Source of the DNA: a virus
Lineage: Duplodnaviria > Caudoviricetes
Virus record (IMG/VR): IMGVR_UViG_3300050121_000032
Coordinates: 2,030 to 66,029 of that record
Length of the DNA: 64,000 bases
Reading direction: 5' to 3' (one strand)
The translations under genes and the position numbers were made by a program. Below, one piece after another: positions 10,172 to 20,268 of this stretch. Position 1 is the stretch's first letter. Every line of letters begins with the position of its first letter. The notes beneath the pieces were generated by a model that was not told the DNA's origin, did not search any database, and saw only the letters and a list, made by a program, of their open reading frames with translations.

Positions 10172-13100
10172 TGGCTGACGACTTGATGTCTGACAGCGAC
10201 TTCGGCTTGCAGTCCGACGAGCAGTTCATGGGCTCGCAATCGGCTGGCGGGAACACTATGTCCGACAAAGAGTTCGGACTGATGTCTGATGACGACTTCA
10301 TGGGAGGCCCGAATGGCGCTTCTGCAGCAGCCCCTGACCAAGGAAATGGCCAAGCAAATGGAGCACAGCCTTCAGGTGTGGCGCCTGAAGGTCCTGTTGC
10401 ACGAGGAGTTCGCAACGTCGCCCACGGCGTTGCTCCCGCCGTGGGGGGATACATGGGCGCCGTTCCCGGAGCAGAAATCGGAGCAAGTATCGGTGCAGCT
10501 GCCGGTCCGATCGGTGCCGCAGTCGGCGGTGTTGCAGGCGGATTGGTCGGTGCATTCGCGGGTGGTTTCGCCGGCGAAAAGGTAGCGCACGTAGTTCAGG
10601 ACGCCACGGGCTTCAACGACGACGAGCAGATGGCGGCCAACGTCGAGGCCCACCCGACCGAGGCCGCGATCGAGGGCGCCATCCCCGCGTTCGCCGGCAT
10701 GCGCTTCGACAAGGGCGCAACTGCGCTGGCGCGCGCCGGCTCCGCAGCTCTACAGGGCGGCATCGACGTCGCACAGCAGGCACAGAACAAGGGCTGGAGC
10801 AACATCGACCCGGCCGAGGTGCTGGCGGTCTCCGCTGCCGGCGCTGTGCTGCCGTCAACAAATCGCCTTGGTGAAGCCGTAAGCAACGTCGGTCGTCGCA
10901 TGGTACCGGGACGCCCCGGGCGCGCGGCGAACCCCGCAGCTGAGGTCGCACATCAGGATGTCGGTGATGACAGTGTCGAGACTGCGGTCGGTGATAGCGT
11001 TCTTGCGGAGAGCCCACCCCATGCCTCTGGAGAAACGATCGGCGCCGCGGTGGAGAACCGCCCGACTAATTCGCGTGGCGAAGTCGCGACCGGCAAGGCC
11101 GACGGCAGCTATGCCAAAGGCGGTGCGCCGGCGGACACCAGCCAAGTCACGTCCGGAGATGTGGACCCAGCAACGGCGGCTGCACTGGACGCAGCTAATC
11201 CCTCCCCGGCTCCGCAAGCACAACCAGCGCCGCAAGCCCCTGCACAAGCCCAGCCGCCGACCCAACGCCCGCTAGGGATGCCGGCGCGGAATTTCCGCGT
11301 CCCGACGCCAGACGACGTTCAGGCGGCGCTCGATCGGCATACGGCCGCCACCGAAGGCAAGGGCCCCGAGCCCGTCGTCGAGGCAGGCTTCCCGGAAGAA
11401 GGTGCCCCGGTCGCAGCCGGAGCCAACGACGTCGCTCCCATGCCGCACGATATGGCCGATCAGGTGCAGGCGGCGATCGAGCGCCACACTGCCGCAACTG
11501 AAGCGCCGAAGCCCGAGACCGAGGCCCCGCCGATCGTCGGCCGTGCTGCTGACCCTACCGAGGCCCAGAAGGAAGCCGGCAACTACACGCTTGCCCGCAT
11601 TCCGAAGAATGACTTCGGCAAGCCGCAGGCCGTCGAGACGCATCAGGGTCAGGTCCGCAGTGGCAAGGATGCCAACGGCGAGCCGTGGGAGAACACGTCG
11701 CCCTATCACTATGGCTACTTCAACAAGACGAAGGGGCCCGATGGGGACCACATCGACTTCGCGCGGCCCGACGAGAGCGATCCCGCGTTCGGCAGCAAGC
11801 ACTTCATCATCGACCAGAAGGACCCGGCCACCGGCAAGTACGACGAGCCGAAGGTGTTCACCTATGTCAAGGACAAGGACGCCGCGATCGACCTCTACAA
11901 CCGCAGCTTCTCCGACGGCAAGGGGCCGGAGCGCATGCACGACATCACTGAGGTCGAGCGGCCGCAGCTGGTGAAGTATCTCGCCAAGCACACCAACAAC
12001 CCGCCGAAGGGTCCCTACGGCGAGCCAATCCAGAAGGCCCCCAAGTCCGTCAAGGACAAGGCCGTCTTCAAGGACCTTGTCGCCAAGAAGCCCGAGCTGG
12101 CCGAGGCGTTGCAGAACGCCCCTGACGATGTCGTGGCCAAGGCGATCGAGGGCAAGCGGCTGCGCAAGTACGGCGTGGCCACTGGCAGCTCGAACGGTTA
12201 TCCGGTCGAGGGCATCCTCAACTCCGAGGGCAAGCTGATCACCGCCAACACCAAGGCGAAGGCGGCCGAGCGCACTGCTGCGCACAAGGCGCAGGTGGAC
12301 TGGTTCAACAAGAGCGCCCCCAAGGGTGATCCTGCCGTCGAGAGCAACGGCGATCTGCTTCAGCGGCTCAAGGGCGCCAACGTCGAAGGATGGCAACCCT
12401 CGTTCAAGCCGAAGGAGTGGATGCTGGCGCGCGAGGCCAAGAAGGTGATGGTCAAGCCGACGCCGGGCAACATCGCGAAGTACCGCGAGGCCGAGCGGCT
12501 GCTCCGCGGCGGCGACGAAGCCGTGCAGAATTACCGTGACAGTAACCGCACCGAGGCCGACATCGCGATGTCGAAGCGATCGGGTGATGACGCGGTCGCC
12601 GGCGCCGAGGCCAAGAACGTCGACCTCGGGCGCAACACCGAAGAGGACAAGCTGATCGAGGCGATCGACGCCAAGCGCGGCGGCCGGTTCGACGTGCCGC
12701 ATGAAGAGGCCGAGGGGATGGTGAAGCCGCGCCAGATCAAGACGGCTGCGGACATTAAGGAAGCGCCTCAGAAGGAAGTCCACGTCAACGACAGCGAGCT
12801 GGCCAAGATCGACCTCAAGAAGGTCGACGAGAGCGCGGCCGCGAAGCGTCGTGCCGAGGCTGCAGCGTTGGTCGGTAAGAAGACCAAGCAGGCCGACATC
12901 CCCTCCGAGGACCGCAGGACCAAGGGCATCTCCGTCAAGGATAAGTTCAACGACCCCGAGGTGCTCGCCAAGATGATCGAGGCGTCGAACAAGGCCGCCA
13001 AGAAGGGCGCTGCGCACGAGGAGGACCTCAACCGCGAGGACCTGACCAAGCAGGCCAGCGGCCGGCCGCGCTTCAACGAAGTGGCGCGTCTGTTCGGCGA

Positions 13101-15477
13101 CTTCGCCAACGACGAGGGCGGGGCCCTTCACGTCGGCAAGATTGCGGCTGACATCAAGAAGGCGATGGGCAGCGCTCGCGCGGCTGTGGGCAACAAGCTA
13201 GGTGCCCAGCTCAAGCACACGCCGGTGGACAACTTCAGCGCCCGCAAGCCCAACCCGGTATGGGAGCCGAACGCGAAGTACACCCGGCAGGCGTCGGACG
13301 AGCTGCACACGTTGGAGAACAAGAACACCCTGCACGAGCAGCACATCCTGCACGACTTCCTGCAGAAGCTGCCCAAGGAGGCGCTGGAGAACGACAGCGC
13401 GCCGCTGACGCGCATCCACAACGCGATGGAAGCCGACAGCGCCCGTAAGCCGGTGCCGGCTGGTGCGACCAGCCACATGGACGCCCTCTCGCCAGGCGAC
13501 AAGAAAATCTGGAACGACCACCTCAAGCCGTTCTACGACGAGGCGGACAGCTTCCACCAGCTGCTCAAGAACATCGACCCGGAGCGCGCCGGTCCCGATG
13601 TCGAGAATTACATGGCTCGCATCACCAAGGGCAACACCGCCGAGTTCAACGCGCTGAAGCGGAGCGACGACCCTGTTGCGCGCCGTAACGGCTTCGCCAT
13701 GAACGCCAGCATGGCAAACGAGCGCCCGTTCGTGGCACTGGAGAACGTCAAGACCGGTGAGCGCCATGTGATCCAGAACCGTCCCGAGGGCGGCTTCACG
13801 CTGTGGAAGAACCAGAAGGCGACACGCATCAAGGACCCGAACTATGAGTTCGAGGCCAACGCGCCCTACACCGTCAAGGGCAAGGGTGGCAACGTCGACT
13901 ACATCATGCGTCACGCCACCACCGACGAGGTCATGAAGAGCGGCGCACGGTTCGACCTTGGCAAAGACAAGACCGGTAAGAAGGTCACGATGCCGGCGAA
14001 GTACCACCAGAACGCCGCGCTCTCGATCGCGCTGTCCCACGCCAAGCTGGGCGCGATGACGCGCAACATCGTCGAGCTGGCCCGCATCTCTTCCACGCCC
14101 GAGTTCAGGGCGCTGACGACCACGCGCCCGACCAAGGAGCAGATCGCCGCCGGCTGGAAAGAGGGCACCATGCCGAACTTCAAGGGCACCAGCATGGCCC
14201 CGGAGCTGCGCGAGGTGTTCGATGACTTCGCTGGCCCCGCCGGCGACGGCTGGGATGGCCTGCGCAACCTCAACTCTGCAGTGACCAAGCTGCTGTTCTG
14301 GACCCCGACCGCGCACATCATGAACGTGGGCGCGCACTGGTTCGTCGGCCGCGGCTGGGACAACCTCAACCTCAAGCGCGGCTTTGATACCAGCATGCGC
14401 GCTGCACAGAGCGTGTGGAAGCAGGACCACATCCAGAAGGAGATGATGGAGAACGGTGCCAGCCTGATCTACCCGTCGGTGCAGACCCGCGACATGATTG
14501 GCCAGATCGCCAAGATGGTTGGCGAGAAGATGGACGACGGCCCAAAGAGCCCAATCCGTGCCGCGGCGGAAGCCGCCGGCGTGCCGGTGAAGGCGGTCCA
14601 CGACTGGATTTACAACAACTCCTCGAAGGTGATGTGGGCGGCGAACGACATGTTCCTGACCCAGCGCTATCTCGAACTAAAGCAGAAGGGCTACAGCCCA
14701 AAGGAAGCTATTGCGCGTGCCGAACGGGACATCCCGAACTATCGCATCCCAACCCGCATCGGCACGGGGGGCGGCTTCGGCCGCACGCTCTCGCTCGCCA
14801 TGCAGGACAACCGCCTGCTGGCATTCAGCCGCTACCACGTCGGCATGCTCAACGCCTACCGGGACATCCTGCGCAACGGTAACCCATTCAATGACGCCAC
14901 CGTCGCCGACCGGGTCGAGGCGCTGGGCAAGGTCTTCTCGCTCGGCCTGCTCGCTGCCGCCTACCCGCTGGCGGACAAGGCAGCTCAGCTGATCACCGGC
15001 AACGACGAGGCCACCCAGAACCGGCGCGGCCCGCTGGCGATCCCGTCGCACCTCTACGCCGCATCACAGGGCAAGGAGGACATGATGTCGGCCGCCCGCA
15101 CCACCATGGTGCTGCAGCCGCTGGTCTCCACGTTCTGGGAGACGGTTAACAACAAGGACTTCCGGGGCAAGAACATCGTCGAGCCGGATGACCTCGCCGC
15201 CGGCGCTCACGGTGATGTGAAGCGAGCGGCCAAGACGGCTACCCAGTTTGGGGAGCACGCCGCGCGCGGCCTGATCAGCCCGCTGGGCACCCTCGAAAGC
15301 GCCGCCAAAAAGGGCCTCAACCCGGCCACCGCGGTCCGGGATCAAGTGCTGGACGAGAAGAACCCGTCGGACGCCGCCAAGCGGTTCGCCGCCAAGCAGC
15401 CGATTATTAACCACAAGAACTCGGTCGCCCGGGACAAAAAGGGCGGCGCCGGTATCTTGGAGGGGCTCTTCGACTAA
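10171..15477 (+). CDS. large internal virion/ejection polyvalent protein with inorganic pyrophosphatase-like (InPase) domain
   Basis: 1768 aa; Gly-zipper hydrophobic N-terminus; PTEAQKEAGNY...YGYF...DGDHIDF...DQ...YDEPKV matches the polyvalent-protein InPase pattern. Confidence 0.75.
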   Translation: MADDLMSDSDFGLQSDEQFMGSQSAGGNTMSDKEFGLMSDDDFMGGPNGASAAAPDQGNGQANGAQPSGVAPEGPVARGVRNVAHGVAPAVGGYMGAVPGAEIGASIGAAAGPIGAAVGGVAGGLVGAFAGGFAGEKVAHVVQDATGFNDDEQMAANVEAHPTEAAIEGAIPAFAGMRFDKGATALARAGSAALQGGIDVAQQAQNKGWSNIDPAEVLAVSAAGAVLPSTNRLGEAVSNVGRRMVPGRPGRAANPAAEVAHQDVGDDSVETAVGDSVLAESPPHASGETIGAAVENRPTNSRGEVATGKADGSYAKGGAPADTSQVTSGDVDPATAAALDAANPSPAPQAQPAPQAPAQAQPPTQRPLGMPARNFRVPTPDDVQAALDRHTAATEGKGPEPVVEAGFPEEGAPVAAGANDVAPMPHDMADQVQAAIERHTAATEAPKPETEAPPIVGRAADPTEAQKEAGNYTLARIPKNDFGKPQAVETHQGQVRSGKDANGEPWENTSPYHYGYFNKTKGPDGDHIDFARPDESDPAFGSKHFIIDQKDPATGKYDEPKVFTYVKDKDAAIDLYNRSFSDGKGPERMHDITEVERPQLVKYLAKHTNNPPKGPYGEPIQKAPKSVKDKAVFKDLVAKKPELAEALQNAPDDVVAKAIEGKRLRKYGVATGSSNGYPVEGILNSEGKLITANTKAKAAERTAAHKAQVDWFNKSAPKGDPAVESNGDLLQRLKGANVEGWQPSFKPKEWMLAREAKKVMVKPTPGNIAKYREAERLLRGGDEAVQNYRDSNRTEADIAMSKRSGDDAVAGAEAKNVDLGRNTEEDKLIEAIDAKRGGRFDVPHEEAEGMVKPRQIKTAADIKEAPQKEVHVNDSELAKIDLKKVDESAAAKRRAEAAALVGKKTKQADIPSEDRRTKGISVKDKFNDPEVLAKMIEASNKAAKKGAAHEEDLNREDLTKQASGRPRFNEVARLFGDFANDEGGALHVGKIAADIKKAMGSARAAVGNKLGAQLKHTPVDNFSARKPNPVWEPNAKYTRQASDELHTLENKNTLHEQHILHDFLQKLPKEALENDSAPLTRIHNAMEADSARKPVPAGATSHMDALSPGDKKIWNDHLKPFYDEADSFHQLLKNIDPERAGPDVENYMARITKGNTAEFNALKRSDDPVARRNGFAMNASMANERPFVALENVKTGERHVIQNRPEGGFTLWKNQKATRIKDPNYEFEANAPYTVKGKGGNVDYIMRHATTDEVMKSGARFDLGKDKTGKKVTMPAKYHQNAALSIALSHAKLGAMTRNIVELARISSTPEFRALTTTRPTKEQIAAGWKEGTMPNFKGTSMAPELREVFDDFAGPAGDGWDGLRNLNSAVTKLLFWTPTAHIMNVGAHWFVGRGWDNLNLKRGFDTSMRAAQSVWKQDHIQKEMMENGASLIYPSVQTRDMIGQIAKMVGEKMDDGPKSPIRAAAEAAGVPVKAVHDWIYNNSSKVMWAANDMFLTQRYLELKQKGYSPKEAIARAERDIPNYRIPTRIGTGGGFGRTLSLAMQDNRLLAFSRYHVGMLNAYRDILRNGNPFNDATVADRVEALGKVFSLGLLAAAYPLADKAAQLITGNDEATQNRRGPLAIPSHLYAASQGKEDMMSAARTTMVLQPLVSTFWETVNNKDFRGKNIVEPDDLAAGAHGDVKRAAKTATQFGEHAARGLISPLGTLESAAKKGLNPATAVRDQVLDEKNPSDAAKRFAAKQPIINHKNSVARDKKGGAGILEGLFD

Positions 15478-15506
15478 TCCGATAGGCATTTTTTAACCCG
15501 CCGCAC

Positions 15507-15521
15507 TTACCGTGGCGGTAA
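15507..15521. promoter_or_regulatory. dispersed palindrome TTACCG-TGG-CGGTAA (intergenic, just upstream of an RBS)
   Basis: exact motif match. Confidence 0.85.
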
Positions 15522-15537
15522 ATCAAGGAGCACGACC

Positions 15538-15795
15538 ATGGAAGCCAAATACGCCAAGGGCGAGAAGCCTCGCGATCTCGACGCCGCCAAGGGTGGGCTC
15601 GTGCTCGATCGTGTCCGATCCTTCATCAAGGACCCGGATGACTTTCATCCCCTCGGGACCGGCATGAACGGTCCAGAGAACTGCCAGAGCTACGCGAAGG
15701 GTGGAGCGAACACGGCCGACAACGACGGCGACGAGCCCAAGCGGAAGGGCGACACCAAGTCGCTCCCCATGAAGGGTCTGACGGCGCGCAAATGA
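15538..15795 (+). CDS. small hypothetical protein with YAKG/AAKGG/YAKGG motifs
   Basis: AAGGAG RBS; three AKG(G) motifs in 85 aa. Confidence 0.75.
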   Translation: MEAKYAKGEKPRDLDAAKGGLVLDRVRSFIKDPDDFHPLGTGMNGPENCQSYAKGGANTADNDGDEPKRKGDTKSLPMKGLTARK

Positions 15796-15855
15796 CCGAC
15801 TGCCGGCATCTCGTCCCCGAGTTCCTGTGTCGCCGCTGTCACCCGGAGTTGAACC

Positions 15856-16008
15856 ATGAGCGCCAAGCCAAAGATCGCCCCGCCGAAAAGCCAGCGCAAG
15901 AAGAACACCACGATCGCTCCGCACAGGAGCCGGCGCTATCACACCGTTGACGATGACGCTACCGTGTTCGACTACGAGCTTCCCGACTGGCTTGTGGGGG
16001 CGAACTGA
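15856..16008 (+). CDS. small basic hypothetical protein (50 aa, not in ORF track)
   Basis: GGAG RBS; MSAKPKIAPP...; TGATG coupling to next gene. Confidence 0.5.
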   Translation: MSAKPKIAPPKSQRKKNTTIAPHRSRRYHTVDDDATVFDYELPDWLVGAN

Positions 16009-16175
16009 TGGCCGCCAAGAAGAAGCCAGTGGTGCATATAGACGATGGCGAGTGGGTCACCGTCGCGTGGTCAGGCCAGCACGAAGAGTGCTGCGAGTGT
16101 GGCCTGAAGCACCGTGTGGACTTCCGGGTTGCCGATGGTGGCAAGCTGCAGTTCAGAGCAACGAGGGTCAAATGA
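16008..16175 (+). CDS. small Zn-binding hypothetical protein (55 aa, not in ORF track)
   Basis: MAAKKKP...EECCECGLKH...; stop/start overlaps on both sides. Confidence 0.6.
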   Translation: MAAKKKPVVHIDDGEWVTVAWSGQHEECCECGLKHRVDFRVADGGKLQFRATRVK

Positions 16176-16387
16176 CATACCTCGCACCGATACTGGTCGT
16201 CTTCAGTCTGGTGTGCCTAACGGCACCGGACGGCAACCCCGTCTGGGTCACCCGCGAGGCCGTCATCTCGGTCGGTAATGCGGCGGACTGCGCCAAGGGC
16301 TCCAACGCCAAGATCGGTCTCAACCAAGGCACCATGTGCGTGCAGGAGACCCCGCAGCAGGTCCTCAAGAAGCTGGAAGAGAAGTGA
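16172..16387 (+). CDS. small secreted/periplasmic-like hypothetical protein
   Basis: ATGA overlap; hydrophobic N-terminus; VQETPQQVLKKL. Confidence 0.6.
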   Translation: MTYLAPILVVFSLVCLTAPDGNPVWVTREAVISVGNAADCAKGSNAKIGLNQGTMCVQETPQQVLKKLEEK

Positions 16388-16539
16388 CCTCGTCGTGGAT
16401 CATCGCGCTGGTGGGGCTGCTCTATGCGGCTACAGTGGTCTCATTGATGCGGGAGCACGAGCCGTGGAAAGCGCTGATCTTCACTGGATACACGATCGGA
16501 CAGATCGGATTTTATTTCGACATCACGCGGGGCGTTTAG
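16384..16539 (+). CDS. small membrane protein
   Basis: GTGA overlap; two hydrophobic segments. Confidence 0.55.
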   Translation: MTSSWIIALVGLLYAATVVSLMREHEPWKALIFTGYTIGQIGFYFDITRGV

Positions 16540-16750
16540 GGCGCGGCGTCGGCCACGCCTCCTCGGCCTTGTAAGGTCCTTTTTGGATCGTGATCCGCAT
16601 GCCGGGCGTGATCTGTACCAGCACCTCATCCCACGACTTCCCTGCCGCCTGCACCATCTTGTTGGCCGCCCTGATACACGACAGGGCCTCCGCGTCGTTG
16701 TCGGACTGGCTCAAGGCCAGCAGCTTCGCCAGTCGGGCCCGGTCAATCAC
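16523..16750 (-). CDS. hypothetical protein (DUF2786-like N-terminus)
   Basis: LAKLLALSQSDNDAEAL pattern; coupled to primase stop. Confidence 0.6.
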   Translation of the reverse strand: MIDRARLAKLLALSQSDNDAEALSCIRAANKMVQAAGKSWDEVLVQITPGMRITIQKGPYKAEEAWPTPRPKRPA

Positions 16751-19700
16751 CGCACAGCTCCCTGTACGAACGCCGCGACACTCGCCGCGGTCGCGAGCCC
16801 GTTACCGTCCACGGTAAGTCCGGTCTCGATCTGCTCGTCGACGATCTCGACGCCAGCCTCGATCTTCACCTTCTCCTCGGGCGCGGTGAAGTTGATCATG
16901 TATTCCCACAGCGGCGTGTTGGGCTTGATGTTCAGCACGAGGCAGTGCTCACGCAGCGGCGGGTGGGACGTGCCCGACAACAACTGCAGCTTCTGCTGGG
17001 TCATGCCGAACTCCTGACGCATCGAAGCGAAGACCTGCGCGTCGGAGAACTTCATCTTGACCAGCCAGTCGCTGAAGTCGCGCGAGGCGATCACCAGCTG
17101 GTGATTGGCGATGGCGAACCGGAACTCGATGCCGCCCTGCATGTTGGTGGGTTGGGTCGGACCCCGGATGATCTGCACGGGCTTGGGCGGCCGGCCCTTC
17201 TCGTTGTGCATGTAGTTCGTCCAGATGCCGCGCGCCGCCGCCTCACGTTCTTTAAGGTAGCGGGCCAGCACGTCCTCACTGTTGTCGATCTCGCCGCCCT
17301 GTGCGTACTGCTCGCGCGCCACGATGTTCTCGTTGTAGACCTTGTACATGAAGTCCTCGGTCTGGTCGGGGTCGACATCGAGCCCCAGCTGCTTGGCGTA
17401 CTTCGCCGCCAGCGTCATGATGGCCACGGTCGTGATCCAGTAGCGCTCCGACTTCTTGCCACCAGACTTGGACTGCACCTCGTTGCATTTCAGCCGGAAC
17501 TCCTCGGCAATCGCCGCATGGTTCTGGGCCAAGAATTTCGCATACAGAAGCCCCATGTGGCCGAAGTTGCGGTTGGTGCCCGACAGCAGCATCTCGGCGT
17601 CGGCATCGTTCAGCTGGCCGGGGCCACCGTTGATCCGCTTCACCTCCCACTCCAGCACCCGCATCTGCGAGGCGGTCGTGTTGAGGTTGTCCTTGCGCAG
17701 GAAACTGACGAGGCTGTCATTGGCGAGGTAGTGCAGCATCAGCTGGAACATGCCGACTTCCTGATGCTGTTTGCCGTCCTTCATGCGCGACTTCTCTTTG
17801 CCGCCATCCAGCTCGTGCATCACCGTCTTGAACTTCTTCCGCATCTCGTCGTCGGTGATCTCGTCCCAGTAGAAGGGGAGATGCCGCAGTGTCTTCATCA
17901 TGCTGGCGATGCTGTTGGGTGTCGCACGCTCGGTGATCTTGGTCGCGAGAGGATGGCCCCAGACAGAGAGCCCGATACGGCTCGCCGATGACTTGCCGGC
18001 GCCGCTGTCACGCCCGTAGGCGGAGAGCACCGCGGTGTTCTTGCCGTTGAGGTACAGCAGCGGCGAGGCGAAGGCCATGAGCAGGATCGTGTTCAGCTCG
18101 GCGCGCTTCTGCCCGGTGATGACCGTCGTCGCCTTCATCCAGTCTTCCATGGTGCCGGTCGGTGTGTACATCTGGACGAAGGTGGGGTCGACTGCGCCGC
18201 ATGGGCGCTCGGTCCCGTCGTCCATGAAGATTTTGCCGCCGTAGGCGAAGCCTCGTACCTTGCCATCTTCCTCGTGCCAACCGAATGGGATCGTCTGTTG
18301 TGCTGCCGCGTGGGCTCGCAATTTGCCGATGGTGCTCAAGAAAAACTCCTTCAGGAACCGTTCGCCTCTGATGTCGATCAGGACCCGCTTCTGGCTGAGG
18401 TACGCCGAGAAGCCCTGCTTGCAAACTTCGCCCATGTCCACCGACACCTGATCCTCAAACCCCTTGTCCATGGACGCGGTGAAGTTCAGGTGCTCGCCGG
18501 GGTGCTTCTGCAGCCAGAACCCTTTGAGCTGGCATTGGAACAGCGGGATCATCGCGGTGTTGAGTTCACCGTCCTTCTCGATCTCGATCACTTTACAGAT
18601 CAGACCGTCGTCATTCAACTCGAAGCTGGCGGGCAGCATCGAGGCAGCGGCCGCCGGCGACTGCACCGCGGGGCTTACCGTCGCGGTAACCGGCGTCGGT
18701 CTTATGTTGAGCGGTGATTTGCCCTTCGCGAAGAGCGGGCACGACGCGCACGATTTGCAGCCAGCGCCCTGAATGGTTGCACAAGAGGGATATCCAATTC
18801 CGCGATCATGTCGCTCAGCCATCTTGCGATCGTAGAGCGCCTGTGTGTCAGCCGCGGAATACGATGGGTGTCCCTGTGATATCCGGTGCGCGATGTCATT
18901 GCCGTTCTCCATGAAGGTGCTGCAGAGCACGGAGTACATCCACAGCGGCTGGTCGTAGTCCCGGCCTCCGGTGGTCAGGGCTTCGCGCAGGAAGCCGCAC
19001 TGGCGGAAGATCGGGAACGGGTCGAGCAGGTTGTCGGCGTTCTTGTTGATGCCGGCGTCGAGGCCGGGCTCACCCTTGAGGGCAGCGAATAGCGGGTGCG
19101 GCTTGCCGAAGGTGGCGAGCGTCACACCCTCGGCGAAGATCGAGGGAGCCGATGACTGCACATGTGCAGGACCGGCAACGGCGAACTGCTTCAGAAAATC
19201 CAGCTGGGCGAAGTCGTACATAGCCAGCGGCAGCGGGGCGAGCGTCACCTCGCGCGGCGGGTCGTACTTGTGATTGAGGGTGCCCGGCACCCGCAGGATG
19301 CGGGCGATGTCGGTGGTCAGGCCAGTGTCGCACTTGATGGCGTTAGCGAGGAGCAGCTGCTTCAACCCGCTGGCGTATGGGAGCCACTCTGCTGGCTGCA
19401 GGGGCGTCTTGCTGATCCAGTAGATGTGGAGCCCGCCGCCAGAGCGCACGATGGCGCTGGGCGTTGGCAGCTTCACGGTCTTGGCAAACAACAGGATGCT
19501 CTTAAGAGCATCCTCCTCGGTGCCGTAATGCTTGGGGTCGTTGGCCTTGACGTCGCAGTCGATCCAGATCGCCTTCTGGGCGATGGCGTTGGATGCGAGC
19601 CGCACCGCCTTCGGCTTGCCCTTTTTGTTGACGCCGGCCGTTGACTGCAGCGATGTGCAGAACCAGACGTCCTTGAACTTGTTGCCGGCGACGATCCAGC

Positions 19701-19878
19701 CAGCTCGGTTGACGAACTCGGTGACGTCCCGGAACGGCCAGCCCATGCCCTTCGTCAGCCCGGTCTTGGGGGGCTGCGCGGGCATGGAATAGTGGAGATT
19801 TACATACCCGACATCATTAGGACCGGGCCACGCAACCACATTCGCCAAGAAGGCTGATACGGCGTTCCAGTCAGTCAT
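16747..19878 (-). CDS. DNA primase-helicase (RepB-like primase + Cys-rich domain + DUF927/Cch-like helicase)
   Basis: WIDCD, SGGGLHIYW and RILRVPGTLN primase motifs; CKSCASCP; Walker A GRDSGAGKSS; WDE Walker B. Confidence 0.85.
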   Translation of the reverse strand: MTDWNAVSAFLANVVAWPGPNDVGYVNLHYSMPAQPPKTGLTKGMGWPFRDVTEFVNRAGWIVAGNKFKDVWFCTSLQSTAGVNKKGKPKAVRLASNAIAQKAIWIDCDVKANDPKHYGTEEDALKSILLFAKTVKLPTPSAIVRSGGGLHIYWISKTPLQPAEWLPYASGLKQLLLANAIKCDTGLTTDIARILRVPGTLNHKYDPPREVTLAPLPLAMYDFAQLDFLKQFAVAGPAHVQSSAPSIFAEGVTLATFGKPHPLFAALKGEPGLDAGINKNADNLLDPFPIFRQCGFLREALTTGGRDYDQPLWMYSVLCSTFMENGNDIAHRISQGHPSYSAADTQALYDRKMAERHDRGIGYPSCATIQGAGCKSCASCPLFAKGKSPLNIRPTPVTATVSPAVQSPAAAASMLPASFELNDDGLICKVIEIEKDGELNTAMIPLFQCQLKGFWLQKHPGEHLNFTASMDKGFEDQVSVDMGEVCKQGFSAYLSQKRVLIDIRGERFLKEFFLSTIGKLRAHAAAQQTIPFGWHEEDGKVRGFAYGGKIFMDDGTERPCGAVDPTFVQMYTPTGTMEDWMKATTVITGQKRAELNTILLMAFASPLLYLNGKNTAVLSAYGRDSGAGKSSASRIGLSVWGHPLATKITERATPNSIASMMKTLRHLPFYWDEITDDEMRKKFKTVMHELDGGKEKSRMKDGKQHQEVGMFQLMLHYLANDSLVSFLRKDNLNTTASQMRVLEWEVKRINGGPGQLNDADAEMLLSGTNRNFGHMGLLYAKFLAQNHAAIAEEFRLKCNEVQSKSGGKKSERYWITTVAIMTLAAKYAKQLGLDVDPDQTEDFMYKVYNENIVAREQYAQGGEIDNSEDVLARYLKEREAAARGIWTNYMHNEKGRPPKPVQIIRGPTQPTNMQGGIEFRFAIANHQLVIASRDFSDWLVKMKFSDAQVFASMRQEFGMTQQKLQLLSGTSHPPLREHCLVLNIKPNTPLWEYMINFTAPEEKVKIEAGVEIVDEQIETGLTVDGNGLATAASVAAFVQGAVR
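18675..18689. promoter_or_regulatory. dispersed palindrome TTACCG-TCG-CGGTAA (intragenic, primase linker VTATV)
   Basis: exact motif match. Confidence 0.85.
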
Positions 19879-20267
19879 TTGGAAAACCACTCTGCGGCCT
19901 GACGTAAAAGGCGTGGGTCGTCTCTAAAGCGCCCGCCACCGTTGTTGCAGTTGAGACATAGGATGCCGCGCACATAGCCGGGATCGCCCTTCTTTTTCTT
20001 GTGGTTGTGGTCTACGTGCCAGTGCTTGCTGACTGGGTCGGGGGATCGGCATATACCACAGCGGTGTTGCTGCTCCATTAAGAGGATATCGTACTGATCC
20101 TGAGTTAGCCCATACACACGCAGAACCCGGAGCGCCTTCTTACGCCCCGGAAATTTCGCGTAAGCAACCTTCTGCTCTCGACAGGCTCTCGCGATGGCCG
20201 CCGCACGGAAGTCTGGGTCCGTGCGGTACCGTTCTTTCCACCGCGAATATTTAGCGGCGTTCGGCAT
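19875..20267 (-). CDS. endonuclease VII-type HNH endonuclease
   Basis: QQHRCGIC...HVDHNH...VRGILCLNCN. Confidence 0.85.
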   Translation of the reverse strand: MPNAAKYSRWKERYRTDPDFRAAAIARACREQKVAYAKFPGRKKALRVLRVYGLTQDQYDILLMEQQHRCGICRSPDPVSKHWHVDHNHKKKKGDPGYVRGILCLNCNNGGGRFRDDPRLLRQAAEWFSK

Positions 20268-20268
20268 C

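Noticed and set aside
11272-14601. Long antisense ORFs (11272-13131, 13198-14601; also 3160-4458, 16945-17991, 22351-23556, 48864-51155, 53368-54645)
   Set aside because: Shadow frames opposite well-supported genes, expected from GC-rich codon bias; no RBS or recognisable motifs.
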